A DNA stretch of 63,794 nucleotides, counting the filler, from Globobulimina sp. (lineage: Eukaryota), in the NCBI GenBank assembly GCA_003354225.1. It is 56 parts of 56 records of this genome, joined end to end, with 100 filler letters (N's around TTAATTAATTAA, not from the genome) between each part and the next. Parts side by side here need not be neighbours in the genome. Positions count along the whole stretch, not along the records: positions 35,387 to 36,427 come from PIVH01025071.1; positions 36,528 to 37,568 come from PIVH01025072.1; positions 37,669 to 38,709 come from PIVH01025073.1; positions 38,810 to 39,850 come from PIVH01025074.1; positions 39,951 to 40,991 come from PIVH01025075.1; positions 41,092 to 42,132 come from PIVH01025076.1; positions 42,233 to 43,273 come from PIVH01025077.1; positions 43,374 to 44,414 come from PIVH01025078.1; 48 more parts are not named here. One strand, given 5' to 3'. The position numbers and the translations under genes were made by a program. Below the pieces are notes generated by a model. The model was not told the DNA's origin. It made no database searches and saw nothing but the letters and a program-made list of their open reading frames with translations. Shown here piece by piece: positions 35,388 through 48,222 of the stretch (position 1 is its first letter; the number at the start of each line of letters is the position of its first letter).

Positions 35388-36312
35388 TTACAAGAATTAC
35401 ATCGCGCAGTGCCTGATGTATTATATTCGTATGCCAAAAAAGACGAAATTACTCCATCAACTTGCAAATTATTTTATGAATTCGGTATTAAGGTTTACTT
35501 AACGAAGGTTTACTTAACGAATGATAAAATTATTGTTGATATGTTAAATTTGAGTCCAGATTTTGATGGAAGAAGAAGAGTTTTTGTGCAATGTCCAGGC
35601 GTTCCACTTGAGAGTAAATGCGGAAATGATCAATGTAAAGCTGATAATATTGATGATGAATATGATAAAAGCAGCAAAAACAAACAATATCATTTAGCAA
35701 TGAATGCTTATCGCCATGCTAAAGCTCATCAAATTAAACGAGATACGAAATTATACGAAGAATATGAAGAATATTTAGAAGATATGGACTTAGCGGGCTT
35801 TGTAGTGACCTCCGAAGCAACGCAAATGATACAACAAGATATCGATGCTTATATGAACAATTTTGACGTTACCGCTATTTTTATTTATTTTTAACAATAT
35901 ATATCTTTTATATTTATATTAATATTGTAAATAGGAACGAGGCAAAGCGATGGGTTGGGACGAAAAAATGATGATTTCTGCCAGAGATGCAGCAAAAACT
36001 AAAACTGCTCAATTTGCTGAAAAAAAAGTTGAATTTGATCAAAAAAATTGGAAATTAAAAGGTCGGTTCAGACGGTTAGCTTCGTTTTTAAGTGAAGATG
36101 GTACCAAAATATCGTATTTTGTGTCCACCTCCAAGTTTGAGTGTGATATTCCTGAAATAGGACGAGACCAATCAGTGATTGGAAAGTGGATTACCAATAC
36201 AGGAACGGTAAAAAATAAATTTAAAAAAAGGATACTTTATATAATGCAGGGAGATGGCCAGGAAGCAGCACAGCAAAATTTAATGTTGCCTCAAATTTTT
36301 GAATTTGAATAA
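35388..36312 (+). CDS. Hypothetical protein with a possible C2H2/BED-like Zn site, intron 35868-35934
   Basis: Phase-0 GT-AG intron joins the two ORFs; VQC..KC..C..NAYRHAKAH. Confidence 0.55.
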
Positions 36313-36527
36313 CTTGAAGACTTGCATTTTAAAACTAAACCTTACTCTTTGTTTTGTTTAACTTCCATCAAAATCATCAAGAACGAGCATTCAGATTCCA
36401 TTTTTTTTGTTTGTATTTTTGTCATTGNNNNNNNNNNNNNNNNNNNNNNNNNNNNNNNNNNNNNNNNNNNNTTAATTAATTAANNNNNNNNNNNNNNNNN
36501 NNNNNNNNNNNNNNNNNNNNNNNNNNN

Positions 36528-36855
36528 TACAAAATATCTGACGGCGTACGGCCAACGATATCATATGAATATAAACTCGGAGATGCATCACCTGACAATC
36601 CCGATGTATATATAATTGCCTTTCCGTTCATTTGATTTGAAAATATTAATCCAAACCAATTCTCATTATAATTGTTATATGTCACATCAAACGTAATTGT
36701 ATTTTCCATGCAATTTAATACAGCCATGACAATTAATTCATTATTCTCATTACCTGTACTTATTTGTGATGACAAATTATCACTGCTTGGAGCACATATT
36801 ATTGTTGGATTCGTTGTTGGTTTTGCTGTTGTTGGATGTACAGTTGTTGGAGTTG
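36528..36855 (-). CDS. PT-rich linker plus DOMON-like domain fragment
   Basis: TPTTVHPTTAKPTTNPT then ITFDVTY..NWFGLIFSNQMNGKAIIY. Confidence 0.5.
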
Positions 36856-37034
36856 AAAAAATAAATGTAAATTGACATTAAACTTAAAATTTTCAGCAGA
36901 GTTAGTTTTTTTTCAATCAGAGCATCCTTGCTGGACTAGACTAGACAACAAAGAAAACACAACACCGTGACAAGAAACCGCTAAATTGATTAATTATACG
37001 TATTTACTTAGTGTAGTACTACTATTTCTGATTA

Positions 37035-37568
37035 ATGGATTCGTATTATTTAAGGGGGGATATATTTTTTAATTTGCGACGGGGTAAAAAACCTACGAAA
37101 CCATTATCGAATATATCAGAAGCGGTAAATACAAATAAGTCAATTAATTCAAATAATGTTTACGTTAAACGACGAGTATTAGAGAGTAATATTACACTCG
37201 TTTTCCTTGATGTGGGTGATATGAAGAGAGACGATGTTATGACAATGGATGAATTGCGAAGGCGATATAACATTGATGGCGATATCACAATTACTACAAT
37301 AACTGAACATAATTACCGAATAAGTAAAGTGACATCGACTCATTCCACCAATTGCAAAACCATGAAAGCAATGAAAACATTCTTTTTCGACCCAAAAAAC
37401 GCAAAAGAAAAAGAAAAAGCTGACGACTTATTGGTTAAATGGATTGTAATGAAACGAATTGGTGTTCTTCAAGAATGTGAAATTTTTGAAGGCATCCAAA
37501 GCGTTCATTGTATACAAAAATTATGGCAAACTGATTTAGAACAATGGCAGTTGCAAAATATTAACAGT
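37035..37568 (+). CDS. Hypothetical protein (3' partial)
   Basis: ATG-initiated open frame to the contig end. Confidence 0.45.
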
Positions 37569-37782
37569 NNNNNNNNNNNNNNNNNNNNNNNNNNNNNNNN
37601 NNNNNNNNNNNNTTAATTAATTAANNNNNNNNNNNNNNNNNNNNNNNNNNNNNNNNNNNNNNNNNNNNTCTTGTTCAATATTAATATTAGTAATAAAAAT
37701 ATAAAACATAAACAGATTACAAAACATGACAAAATACGTAACAAAACATCATAAAACACGATAGAAACATTGTATTTTGTAT

Positions 37783-38709
37783 TCATCTTCTTTTTTTCAG
37801 ATATGTCATTTGATTATGAATTTGCATAATGTTTATATCAATTTGCGCATCTTGCCATTCCTTCCAATTCTTATCATAAGTTTTTGTTTTTTCTATATAT
37901 TTGTCCACCTCTTCACAATACAAAAATGCGATCAATATTTTGAATAATTTCCGCATAAAATATGTCTCCAAACCAAAGAAATTACAAAGCCATTGCATAT
38001 TGGAAATATTTAAATATTTATGATCAAATGGATCAGAATCAAACGAAACGTCATAAGTATACAACGCCAACATCTTCCTTGGTTTGCTATATTTGAATAT
38101 TTCAATTAAAACATCTTTTGGTAACAATGATTTCTTTGCATTTATAATCTGACTCTTTTGGGCATATTCAATGTCGCAGCTTATCTGAATTTTATTAAAC
38201 TGATAAATTTTACCGGATTTTCCTTTTTTTCTCATTTCATCTTTGATATATTTCAAATACAAAAAATGTTTCTTTTTATAGTTAATAGTAAAAACAATGG
38301 AAAACCAAAATGATACAATATCCGATTCAAATTCTTTCCTTCCATCTTGAAAATTTTGTAACGTAAATACTCCAAAATCTAATGATTTGCACAGTGTATT
38401 CAATAAATCTGCACTAAAAACACTGCACAAAAACAGATCGATTTTAAGTATGCATAAAAAGAATTATATAAAAATGTAGATAACGTTTTAGCATTATATG
38501 AGTCAATCGATTCTTGATAGGCTGAGCGATCGGGAGCTGTACGGCTTCTGTCTCGATGTCTTGGCGGCTTTTTCTTTTTTCTTTTGAATGGTGAATGTGA
38601 AGGATTTATTTTCATTTCACAGTAACTTTGGGCTGCAATTTTTTTGTCAGTATTTATCTCTTTTTGTAATATATCAATGTATAATTTATTCCAAAATACA
38701 GTGAACTTT
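37783..38709 (-). pseudogene. Hypothetical gene with an apparent frameshift near 38430
   Basis: Two overlapping same-strand ORFs in different frames with no obvious intron between them. Confidence 0.4.
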
Positions 38710-38811
38710 NNNNNNNNNNNNNNNNNNNNNNNNNNNNNNNNNNNNNNNNNNNNTTAATTAATTAANNNNNNNNNNNNNNNNNNNNNNNNNNNNNNNNNNN
38801 NNNNNNNNNAT

Positions 38812-39850
38812 CGCAAGCCACCGCCAGCAAAAGCGTTGGAGGGAGGAAATGGATATATGGCATCAGGCAATCCATTAAATAAATACAGTCAAACTGCTAC
38901 ACATTTTTTTAAAGCTGCAAAAAATGTACCAATGATTGATGGAGTTATATCTGATAAAGAAGCAGCAAATCAACAAAAGAGGGCAACGAAACAAAAAAAG
39001 AGAGCAACGAAACAAAAAAAGAAAAAAAAGAAAAGAAAAGAGAACAACAAAGAGGGAAAAATAAAATGTTACGATTTTAGCGATAGTTACGATTTTAGTG
39101 ATACTTATCGGGGTTTACAAGATAATGATTGCTATGTTCGAAGATCACAACGTATTAAAAATAAAACCAACAAAACAAAACCTCGTTCATTTACCAATAA
39201 AAACATCCAAAATAATAACAATCTCCAAAATAATAATAAAATGGAACAGTCTCAGTCTGCCTCGGAAGCGGATGATATGGCAGTTTTTCATCATAAAATG
39301 AGAGTGGATTTTGATGCAGAATTATATTTGTCCACAGCACAGATATTAGCATTGCAATCCGGTGAAAAAATAGATTATAAAAACGTGGATGGCAAATGGT
39401 GCGCAGCCACAATTTTAATGGTAAAGCATGATTGCATTATAATGGAATGCATCCAAACTAAAAAAAGTATAATGATCAATAAGAATGATGATAATATACA
39501 GAAACGATTGGCGGCGTTTGGCGCCATATCAACCCGTCCAGTTTTAACCCATTCCAAATTCCAAGCATTCCCATTACAGTCTGATGTTGAAGTAAATGGG
39601 CAACACTGTAAAGTTGTGGGATATCAATATATTGAAAATAAAAATGGTATACAGTTTGAACATGGCATTGATAATCGACCAATACCATCAACGCATTCTG
39701 GTGAGCTTTTGGGCCAAATAAAAGTAGAAAGTATTCGCTCGGATGCAGTCGGCGCTGCTGCTGCTTTTTGGGTCCATCCGGATGATACCAAACATGTAAA
39801 GTTCATTGAGCGGCTGCCGCATATCCAGCATATGCCGCCACCCAGAAGAA
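38812..39850 (+). CDS. Hypothetical protein with a Tudor/MBT-like domain (partial)
   Basis: LQSGEKIDYKNVDGKWCAATI..RLAAFGAIS after a K/N-rich region. Confidence 0.5.
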
Positions 39851-39952
39851 NNNNNNNNNNNNNNNNNNNNNNNNNNNNNNNNNNNNNNNNNNNNTTAATT
39901 AATTAANNNNNNNNNNNNNNNNNNNNNNNNNNNNNNNNNNNNNNNNNNNNAG

Positions 39953-40991
39953 AAAGGGAAAAATATTACGAAATGGTATGAATGCGAATTATTAAAATAT
40001 CATTGTTGGCATGGTCAACCCAGCACTGTTTTACCAGATGATATTCGCTCTTTGACTGGAGACGACAGAGACATTGCAGTTAAAGAATATTATCAAACAT
40101 TTATTGAACAACATAAAGATATTTTAGATGTAAATGTTGTTAATGCTGAGAAATTGTTAGAAGTTGAAATCGAAGAGGTAGAATTTATGGAAATTGAAGA
40201 ATGCATTGAAGATGAAGATGGCATCTTGGAATTTTCTAAAGGAGAACAAGGAAAAATATCTGACAATACATTATTTCCAATATTTGATGACAGTTCGTTA
40301 GAATACGACTGGAATGAACATTCAGCTAAATTTTCTCCTACGGAAATTACAGAATTACAAACATGGCTACACACACAAAAGAAAATACATAAAATCGAGC
40401 GAAAACAAAAAAAGATTGATATTTCTAAATACAAATTTAAGCAAAAAGTAGCATATAAACTGGTTGAAAATCATTTTGTTGATCAAAATAAAAATAAAAA
40501 ACAATTATTAGCAATTTTCACTGGAACAGCTGGTACAGGTAAATCACATGTGATTCATGGCTTAACTCAATTGTTAGGATCAAAATGTAAAAAATTAGCA
40601 CCCACTGGAAACACAGCATTTAATATAGGTGGTGACACTGCTTCATCACAATTATATCTCCCGATAATGGGAAAGAAAAAAGGTGCTATACCTGATAGTT
40701 TATTATCTTCATACCAGGAAAGGTGGTCACGTGATGTAGAATATTTAATTATTGATGAAGTTGGTTTAATTGGGCAAGAAGAGTTTGGTTATATTGACAA
40801 AAGACTTCGCAATATATATCAAAGATCAAATGTTCCATTTGGCGGATTAAATCTAATTTTAGTTGGTGATTTTGCCCAATTACCAGCAATTGGAGACACT
40901 GCTTTATGGAAACCATCACCAACAAACGCAAGCAGTATGAAAAGACTGGGTAGAAAACTGTATTTGATGTTTGAAAAAGCTGTTACTTTAA
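39953..40991 (+). mobile_element. Pif1-family helicase, Helitron-like element fragment
   Basis: TGTAGTGKS, LAPTG..AFNIGG.T, YLIIDEV, PFGGLNLILVGDFAQLP; upstream LLKYHCW motif; intronless. Confidence 0.8.
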
Positions 40992-41146
40992 NNNNNNNNN
41001 NNNNNNNNNNNNNNNNNNNNNNNNNNNNNNNNNNNTTAATTAATTAANNNNNNNNNNNNNNNNNNNNNNNNNNNNNNNNNNNNNNNNNNNNTTTTTTTTG
41101 AAGAACGCACAAAACCACAAATATAAAGTCGCGCACATTAATAACC

Positions 41147-41992
41147 ATGTCGTCTGAAAAAGACATAGTAATGAACGAAAATGATGATAGCCATGATAGC
41201 AACACGAAATCATCACATTCAAACGTTAAAAAATCAAAAGAAAAAGAAAAACCTAACAATTTATCTAAAAAAAGTCATAAAAAATCGCGTAAATCATCGG
41301 ATATTAAAGATAGTAAAACATCCAAAAAAAATAAATCAAAGAAAAAAGATGCAACCTCAGACTCCAAAGCTGGATCCAAAAAGAAATCCAAACCAAAGGC
41401 AAAAAGAAAAAAAAAACGTTCATTAACTCCATCATCACATTCCCGCTCACGTTCCCCTTCAAACTCGCATTCACATTCTCGATCACGAGATCGTAAACGC
41501 AGAAGAAGTCGCAGTCGCAGTCCAAGTCACAGATATTCTCGGTATGCATCCAACCATTTTATAAAGAAACAAATACAAAAAATAAAGTATCATCAAAAAT
41601 AAATGTTTTGTTTGTTTTTTTTTGCTGCTTTTTGTTGTCTATTATACAGTCCATAATGAATTGGGTACACACTGCCAAGCAATAATTAACATTTCTTTTT
41701 CTTTTCAGATTGGTTGGAATCTCTCTATACATACATGTCTCTATTTTATTTTTGCACACATACTATAAATTAAATGTAATTTGCAGATCCAATTATAATC
41801 GAAGAAGTTATTCCCGTTCACCATCACCATATCGGTCACATAAACGGCACCGAAAGGATAACGACCGCAGACGCAGAAGATACAAACGATCGAGAAGACA
41901 TCATTCAAGATCCAGAACCAGATCCAGCTCACTCTCCTCATCACAATCAACCACCAATAAAACCACCAACACAAAAACTAAAAGCAAAACTG
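41147..41992 (+). CDS. RS-rich (SR-related) protein, intron 41542-41786
   Basis: K/S-rich N-terminus and SRSRS tracts on both sides of a phase-2 GT-AG intron. Confidence 0.7.
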
Positions 41993-42522
41993 GTACGTTT
42001 ACAACTTCCATCCACAACTGATAAGTGCAAGGATAATGAGCCGTGCTCCATTGCTAACAAATAATTGATAGCAACAGATGTGAATAACCCAAACGGATCG
42101 AAAGTAGCCGAAATAAAAGCCACTGCCCCCAANNNNNNNNNNNNNNNNNNNNNNNNNNNNNNNNNNNNNNNNNNNNTTAATTAATTAANNNNNNNNNNNN
42201 NNNNNNNNNNNNNNNNNNNNNNNNNNNNNNNNAGAGCAAATTTTTTCACATAATATTTAATAAACACACTTAAATAAATAGATTATGATTTCAAATATGA
42301 ATTTTATGCATATTTCATATGGTGATAATTTTTACCGCACCGTTTCCATGGACTTGTGCGAGAGTGTATATATATGCGAAAATATTTATACTGACAGAGT
42401 AAACAATTTATAAGCAAATGCAGCTGCAACGGATCATTCACATCATCGCAAATACGCATCCCCAAAAAATCGTAAATTAACCTCAATTTATTTTGATTAC
42501 TCACTATTTTTTGACGTGCAGA

Positions 42523-43273
42523 ATGGTTTGGAATTCATGTTTAGTGATTGCCAACGTCCTATTATCATCGGTGTTGTCCTCCCAATTGATGAGTGGAATA
42601 ACAACAACAAGAGGCAGTGATGAAGTTTATTTACAGGCAGGTTTCTCACAAAGATTTGTTGATTTTAAAAGACAGCATCCTAAAGAATCTCCAGTAGTGC
42701 CAGCAGGAGCATTCAGCAATCAATTAGCAGAAAGTCTTGACATGCATCAAGCCGCCAATTTCCTGCGCATTTATACATCAACAAATAGTATGTCGCGGGC
42801 TGGTGAATACATTCACAGCGTCGCTCCAAAAAGATATGAAATGCCTACTTTGAAGGTTGGTCAATTCTTAGTCAAAAAATATATCAATTCTAGCATGAAC
42901 TGTGCTGTCTTGGATGTCGGAATGGGGGCAGGAATGTTGGCACATTATTTTTTGAGTGATGATGATGAAGTTTTGAGATCAGTGGTGTTGGATGGTGTAG
43001 ATATTCAATCAGAATCTGAGATAACTCAATATTCTGAAGATATCAATATTAGACGATACAGACATAAATGGAGCGGATTTGATGTCAGATCTGATATCGA
43101 TGCAAGACTCAGGGATAAAGGAGTTAGATATGACATTATTATTTCAATTTCGCTTTTGTTTCAGTGTGACGTTGATTCGGAGGGTCAACTGATGTTTCCT
43201 GGACCGAAGGTTATGGATAAATTGAACGAAATTTTGAGACCTGGTGGCAAAATAATTGTTGTTCACTCTGACG
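42523..43273 (+). CDS. Class I SAM-dependent methyltransferase with hydrophobic N-terminus (3' partial)
   Basis: VLDVGMGAG, LDGVDI, YDIIIS, LNEILRPGGKII. Confidence 0.8.
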
Positions 43274-43503
43274 NNNNNNNNNNNNNNNNNNNNNNNNNNN
43301 NNNNNNNNNNNNNNNNNTTAATTAATTAANNNNNNNNNNNNNNNNNNNNNNNNNNNNNNNNNNNNNNNNNNNNTAAAGGAGAGGGGGGTTTGGGGGGTGT
43401 TGGGGGTGTAGTAGATTTTTTTTGTTTTATACGCGCGCGACACTCGTGTACAAATATATGTTTTTTAAAAAAATAAAATTATAGACAGAAATAATCAATC
43501 GCG

Positions 43504-44387
43504 ATGACTTCACCGATGGAAGCCCCCAAAGCGAGAAGAATCAATTTGGACGAGAAACGTACCAACGATGAACCGCCTACGATCGAGAACGCCTGGCTCG
43601 AAAGTCCCGTGGCACATTGGCCGTACGACCTCTTGATCCGGATCGAAGGAGTCGACGGAGTGTATGCTAGGACATTGATGCACGACTATGAACCAAAAGT
43701 AAGAACTAGACGGAAACTGTACGAGAATGACTTCTCTTTTTTTTTAAGGTTACATTCGCCGTGTACCAAGATGGTACTCTGTCCGATCCAGAAATGTATT
43801 GGAGTCCTTTCAAACATACTGGTCAAGAAACTCCTCCACAAGCCGGAACTCCGACTAAACCGTTTCGTTTGGACGCTTCTGTGACATTGAATTTGTTGGA
43901 GTGCGAAGAATTCAGACGACTCGTACTCGCCGGCGAACAAATACAAGACGACGCTTACTTGCTGAGTGAGAATTACAGTTCAAATGTCGGAAAGGACAAC
44001 AACGGAGATGGCAACGGTGGCTCTCGTGGACGAAGTTTGGTCAAACGCGACGGCACATACCGGTTGACCAACGTCGGGATGTACGGTAAGTGAGAGTACC
44101 CCCTCCGATGTCGCTTAAAGAAGATATCTTTTTGTTGTTTTTTTAAGATAGCGGCATTGGTGGATTGGCCCATCAACTTGAAAACGTTTCTCTGGGTTCT
44201 GACGTCACATTCCTTTCAAAATTGGTCAATGTTGTAATGGAACGTTTGGCTTGGATGCAAGATAACAAGGGTTTTGCCAATGCAGAGAAAACTAGAAAAT
44301 TGCGATCCGTCGATGAGTTTATGTGTACAGAATTGAAAGATTCTCTATCAAAATGTGTCTTGACCATGGTAGACAAGGATCCACGAA
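43504..44387 (+). CDS. Unknown three-exon gene (43504-43698, 43749-44085, 44148-44387)
   Basis: Three ORFs joined in frame by GTAAG..TTTTAAG introns of 50 and 62 nt; higher GC than the host. Confidence 0.7.
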
Positions 44388-44514
44388 GTAAGTGAGTGCA
44401 AAACTTTGACAACGNNNNNNNNNNNNNNNNNNNNNNNNNNNNNNNNNNNNNNNNNNNNTTAATTAATTAANNNNNNNNNNNNNNNNNNNNNNNNNNNNNN
44501 NNNNNNNNNNNNNN

Positions 44515-44948
44515 TATGGAATTTCAAATTTATTATCAATGGTTACTTTTGTTAAAATATGACCATCATTTAACTCTGATTCACCATGCAATGGATTTAA
44601 CGCATAACTGTTAAATTTTACATTATGCGTTTTTTGTAATTCGCTGCTCCATTTATCAATATCAATATTATTGTTATTGTGGTTTGTTGGTTTATACAAT
44701 GTGTTATTGGCTGTATTGAATAGATTTTTTGCTATTATTATAGGTGTTTGATCAATAATAATATCATTCTGTGAGATTGCTGCAAATATTCCAGTTACAA
44801 TACCAATTGCAAATATCAAAATAATTACCACCAGAGGACAAAATCTGGTGTCTGTTATTTCTTCATATTGTTCAAGTCTCTTATTATTAATACGTGTGTG
44901 ATTGGTTAGTCCTATATCCTCGTCAGAGCTGTCTACATCATAATCCAT
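44515..44948 (-). CDS. Type II membrane protein, N-terminal fragment
   Basis: Acidic N-terminus and a single TM (LVVIILIFAIGIVTGIFAAI). Confidence 0.6.
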
Positions 44949-45009
44949 TATCCATTATTGAATTAAATAAAAAAAAACATTCATAAAAACATTCTTAGTA
45001 AATTCAACA

Positions 45010-45554
45010 ATGTCAGATGAGTTAGTATTACGTTCATATATCAACGATCACAATGGTAATATGCCAACAAATCCGAACAAATTAGTCGGTTATTCATGTG
45101 AACGCTTAGATTTACCAACATTGGATTATTTACAAGCGAGAAACATCATGGGAAGATATCAAAGTAATAATAAAAGCCGATCACGACCAAAAAAACCCAA
45201 AAATGACAATCGTCCCAAGTCAAAATATAAACCAACGAAAAGAAAGAGGCATCACTACCACTCAACTTCTACCAAAAAAGACAACAGTAATCATAATAGA
45301 AAGCATCACCATACCCATCGATACCATACCCAATACAAACAACCACAGAAACAATATAGAGATTCATCAAATAGTGAACAAACACAAGACACTGCAGAAA
45401 GTACATCGAGCAGCAAACATCAGCAACAGCCATACACTCACAACACACATAAATATACATCACCAAAACAAACAAAATACCATCAAAAAAATGCCAAACA
45501 ATCAAGAAAAATACGCCAACAAAATAAGCAAAGTGACAGTTCCGATACACAATC
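45010..45554 (+). CDS. Hypothetical basic low-complexity protein, N-terminal fragment
   Basis: ATG ORF with a short globular head then a K/H/Q-rich tract. Confidence 0.55.
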
Positions 45555-45654
45555 NNNNNNNNNNNNNNNNNNNNNNNNNNNNNNNNNNNNNNNNNNNNTT
45601 AATTAATTAANNNNNNNNNNNNNNNNNNNNNNNNNNNNNNNNNNNNNNNNNNNN

Positions 45655-46200
45655 TGACACTTTGTTCAAATGAATGGTGCCACAAAATAATGTTTTTTCA
45701 AAATCCTGATAATATTTAATTTGTTTGTAGTCATTTAAGACAAAATAGCGACGCTTCCAACCTTTATTTTTTTCGCCTTTTTTCATCATCCAACCTTGCT
45801 TTACCACATTGCCATAAATATATTTATCCAAAGTTTGAATCCAAGCGAAAAATGAGGGTGGATCGAAGGCGGCAAATAAAAATTGTCTCTGTGGTGTATT
45901 GATTTGAAACGAGAAATTTTTCTCACTTTTTATGGTGGTGTTTATCAGTATGTTTTCGGGTAATTTGTTCATTAAATTCAAATCATAATCGGATATCACT
46001 TCGACGCCATAGACTTGTGATAAATCAACTGTGCCGCACAGCTTTCTATTCATTTTACTGTCATAATACTCTAATACTATATCGCCATTACGAATGGTAC
46101 ATAATGAGCACCATCTATTCTTCCATGACTTGTTAAACTTTCCTTTTTTGCACAACTGACCCTCGTAAATGGCCCTTGGTGACAAAGGAGAAGATGCCAT
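45655..46200 (-). CDS. Tandem PH-domain protein (3' partial)
   Basis: EGQLCKKGKFNKSWKNRW..WIQTL and KQGWMMKKGEKNKGWKRRYFVL. Confidence 0.92.
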
Positions 46201-46491
46201 GCAACCCTCACAAGTTAACTATCACAAGAAAACTTAAATGCCAAATTTTAAATCTTCCGATTCATGATCGATTCATACAAAATATGATTATTTTTACTTT
46301 TCTCAAAATGTCATTCAGACTCATTCTTACTTGACATTAAAAAAATATTACTAATAATTTAAGACAAATCTGCATACAAAGACACTGTAATACAGATAAA
46401 CAAACAAACAAAAAAAGGGAACACATTAAAAAGCAAACAAAGCAAAAAGACAAACGAAAAACGATTTTATATATTTAATTTTATATAGTAA

Positions 46492-46692
46492 TTAAAATGC
46501 AGAAAATATAGCAAACAAAACAATCCATAAAACAACAAATACATTTAATTGATATCCATCACCGCCTTGAATAGAATGTGTTGTTTCCGTAGAGTTGGCG
46601 CTTAGAATTACTGGAGTTTTTGTTGGATCACGTGTTGTAGGTCCACGCGTTGGGTCATTTGTTGTATTATTGGTTGGAGTAAGTGTAGGAAT
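46492..46692 (-). CDS. PT-repeat surface protein C-terminus with hydrophobic GPI-like tail
   Basis: IPTLTPT..DPTRGPTTRDPTKTP..VFVVLWIVLFAIFSAF*. Confidence 0.55.
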   Translation of the reverse strand: MPTLTPTNNTTNDPTRGPTTRDPTKTPVILSANSTETTHSIQGGDGYQLNVFVVLWIVLFAIFSAF

Positions 46693-46794
46693 ATNNNNNN
46701 NNNNNNNNNNNNNNNNNNNNNNNNNNNNNNNNNNNNNNTTAATTAATTAANNNNNNNNNNNNNNNNNNNNNNNNNNNNNNNNNNNNNNNNNNNN

Positions 46795-47033
46795 TCCAAC
46801 ATGAAAATACTCCCATCCACAACATGTGCCATTGCCAATAGGTTACACACGAAAATGTAACATAATCCAATTCCAAACTGTGTTGTTGGTAGTTTTTTTA
46901 CTTTTTTTGCAGATGATCCAGGTCTATAATTGAATATAAATCGAAAACCGGCATAAAGAGTTACAAATAACTCTATAAAATATAATAATACCAATAACGT
47001 TAACGCCCACACTCCATCCTTACAAAGAGCCAT
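46795..47033 (-). CDS. Membrane protein, N-terminal fragment
   Basis: ATG ORF with two hydrophobic segments. Confidence 0.5.
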
Positions 47034-47684
47034 GTTTCACGTATCCTAACAGGGCAGCCAAAAGATGACTTTTTTTTCTTGTCACACTCACATCCAAATT
47101 CCAAACATCTCATATTCGGAAGAGTTGGGTTCAAATAAACCGAATAAACTTAAAAAATACTCGATATTTAATATTTATGGGGGTATTTCAATTGAAAAAA
47201 AAATCATTGCATAGATCACAAAAAACGTTCATGGGAAACCCATGCGTCAGACAATTTGGAGTGCATACAAACATAACAAAAAATATATAAAAATCAAAAT
47301 TAACAAAAAGAATAGTCAAATAATCAAACGATGGTATTTTCTTAATTGGAAAGAACAATAACAAATAATCAAAGATCGCACAGAACAACAACACAAATAT
47401 CAAAAAGCACACCAAAGGAAAATCAAATTATTTCGCAAACAATCAAACAAAAACAAAATATGGAAGTGTCAAAACATTCATTGCATCCTTTGTTTCACAT
47501 TTTCATTCAAATAAATGATTTTTATCAAACACGCCATAACTGACAATGCTACAAAATTATTTATTTGAAGATCAATAAAAAAACAGTAAAAAAAACATGC
47601 AGATTTACGAGTAAATAAAAAAAGAGCAAACATCCAAAATAATGAAACATATTTATAATAATTGGAATAAAAAAATTGTAAAAA

Positions 47685-47834
47685 TTATTTGTTGATACAA
47701 AGCCATGAATGTTTAATGATATCATTTGTTGAAATTCTATTTTTTTCATCAACAATAAATATTTTTTGCAATAAATCTTTCATTGAATCGGGAATATAAT
47801 TTGATCGTTTCCATTCATTTAAAACGCAGTCTAA
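47685..47834 (-). CDS. Protein kinase C-terminal fragment (subdomain XI)
   Basis: MKDLLQKIFIVDEKNRISTNDIIKHSWL. Confidence 0.7.
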   Translation of the reverse strand, partial: LDCVLNEWKRSNYIPDSMKDLLQKIFIVDEKNRISTNDIIKHSWLCINK

Positions 47835-48222
47835 NNNNNNNNNNNNNNNNNNNNNNNNNNNNNNNNNNNNNNNNNNNNTTAATTAATTAANNNNNNNNNN
47901 NNNNNNNNNNNNNNNNNNNNNNNNNNNNNNNNNNACGAGTCCGGCCATTTATCATCAGACTTGTTACCCGATTTGAGAACCCACAGAAAAGGTGATCCCA
48001 TCATCCCGTTGGAAATTGGGTGTCAAAGAACTCAAACAACAAGAGTTACTTTTTGCAAATTCCGTGGATATTAATAGCAATAATAATTGCAAAATATAAC
48101 TACAACAAAAAATAAACATAATTAATTATAGCAAATACAATAATAAAAGTTATTAAACATATTCAAAAATTTATAATTATTAAACAATGTATATATTAAT
48201 ACGTAATAATATTGTTAATTAA

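Noticed and set aside
41542..41552. Identical donor GTATGCATCCA in two introns (also 56592) as a special intron class
   Set aside because: Similarity stops after 11 nt, it is not the U12 consensus, and two cases could be chance.
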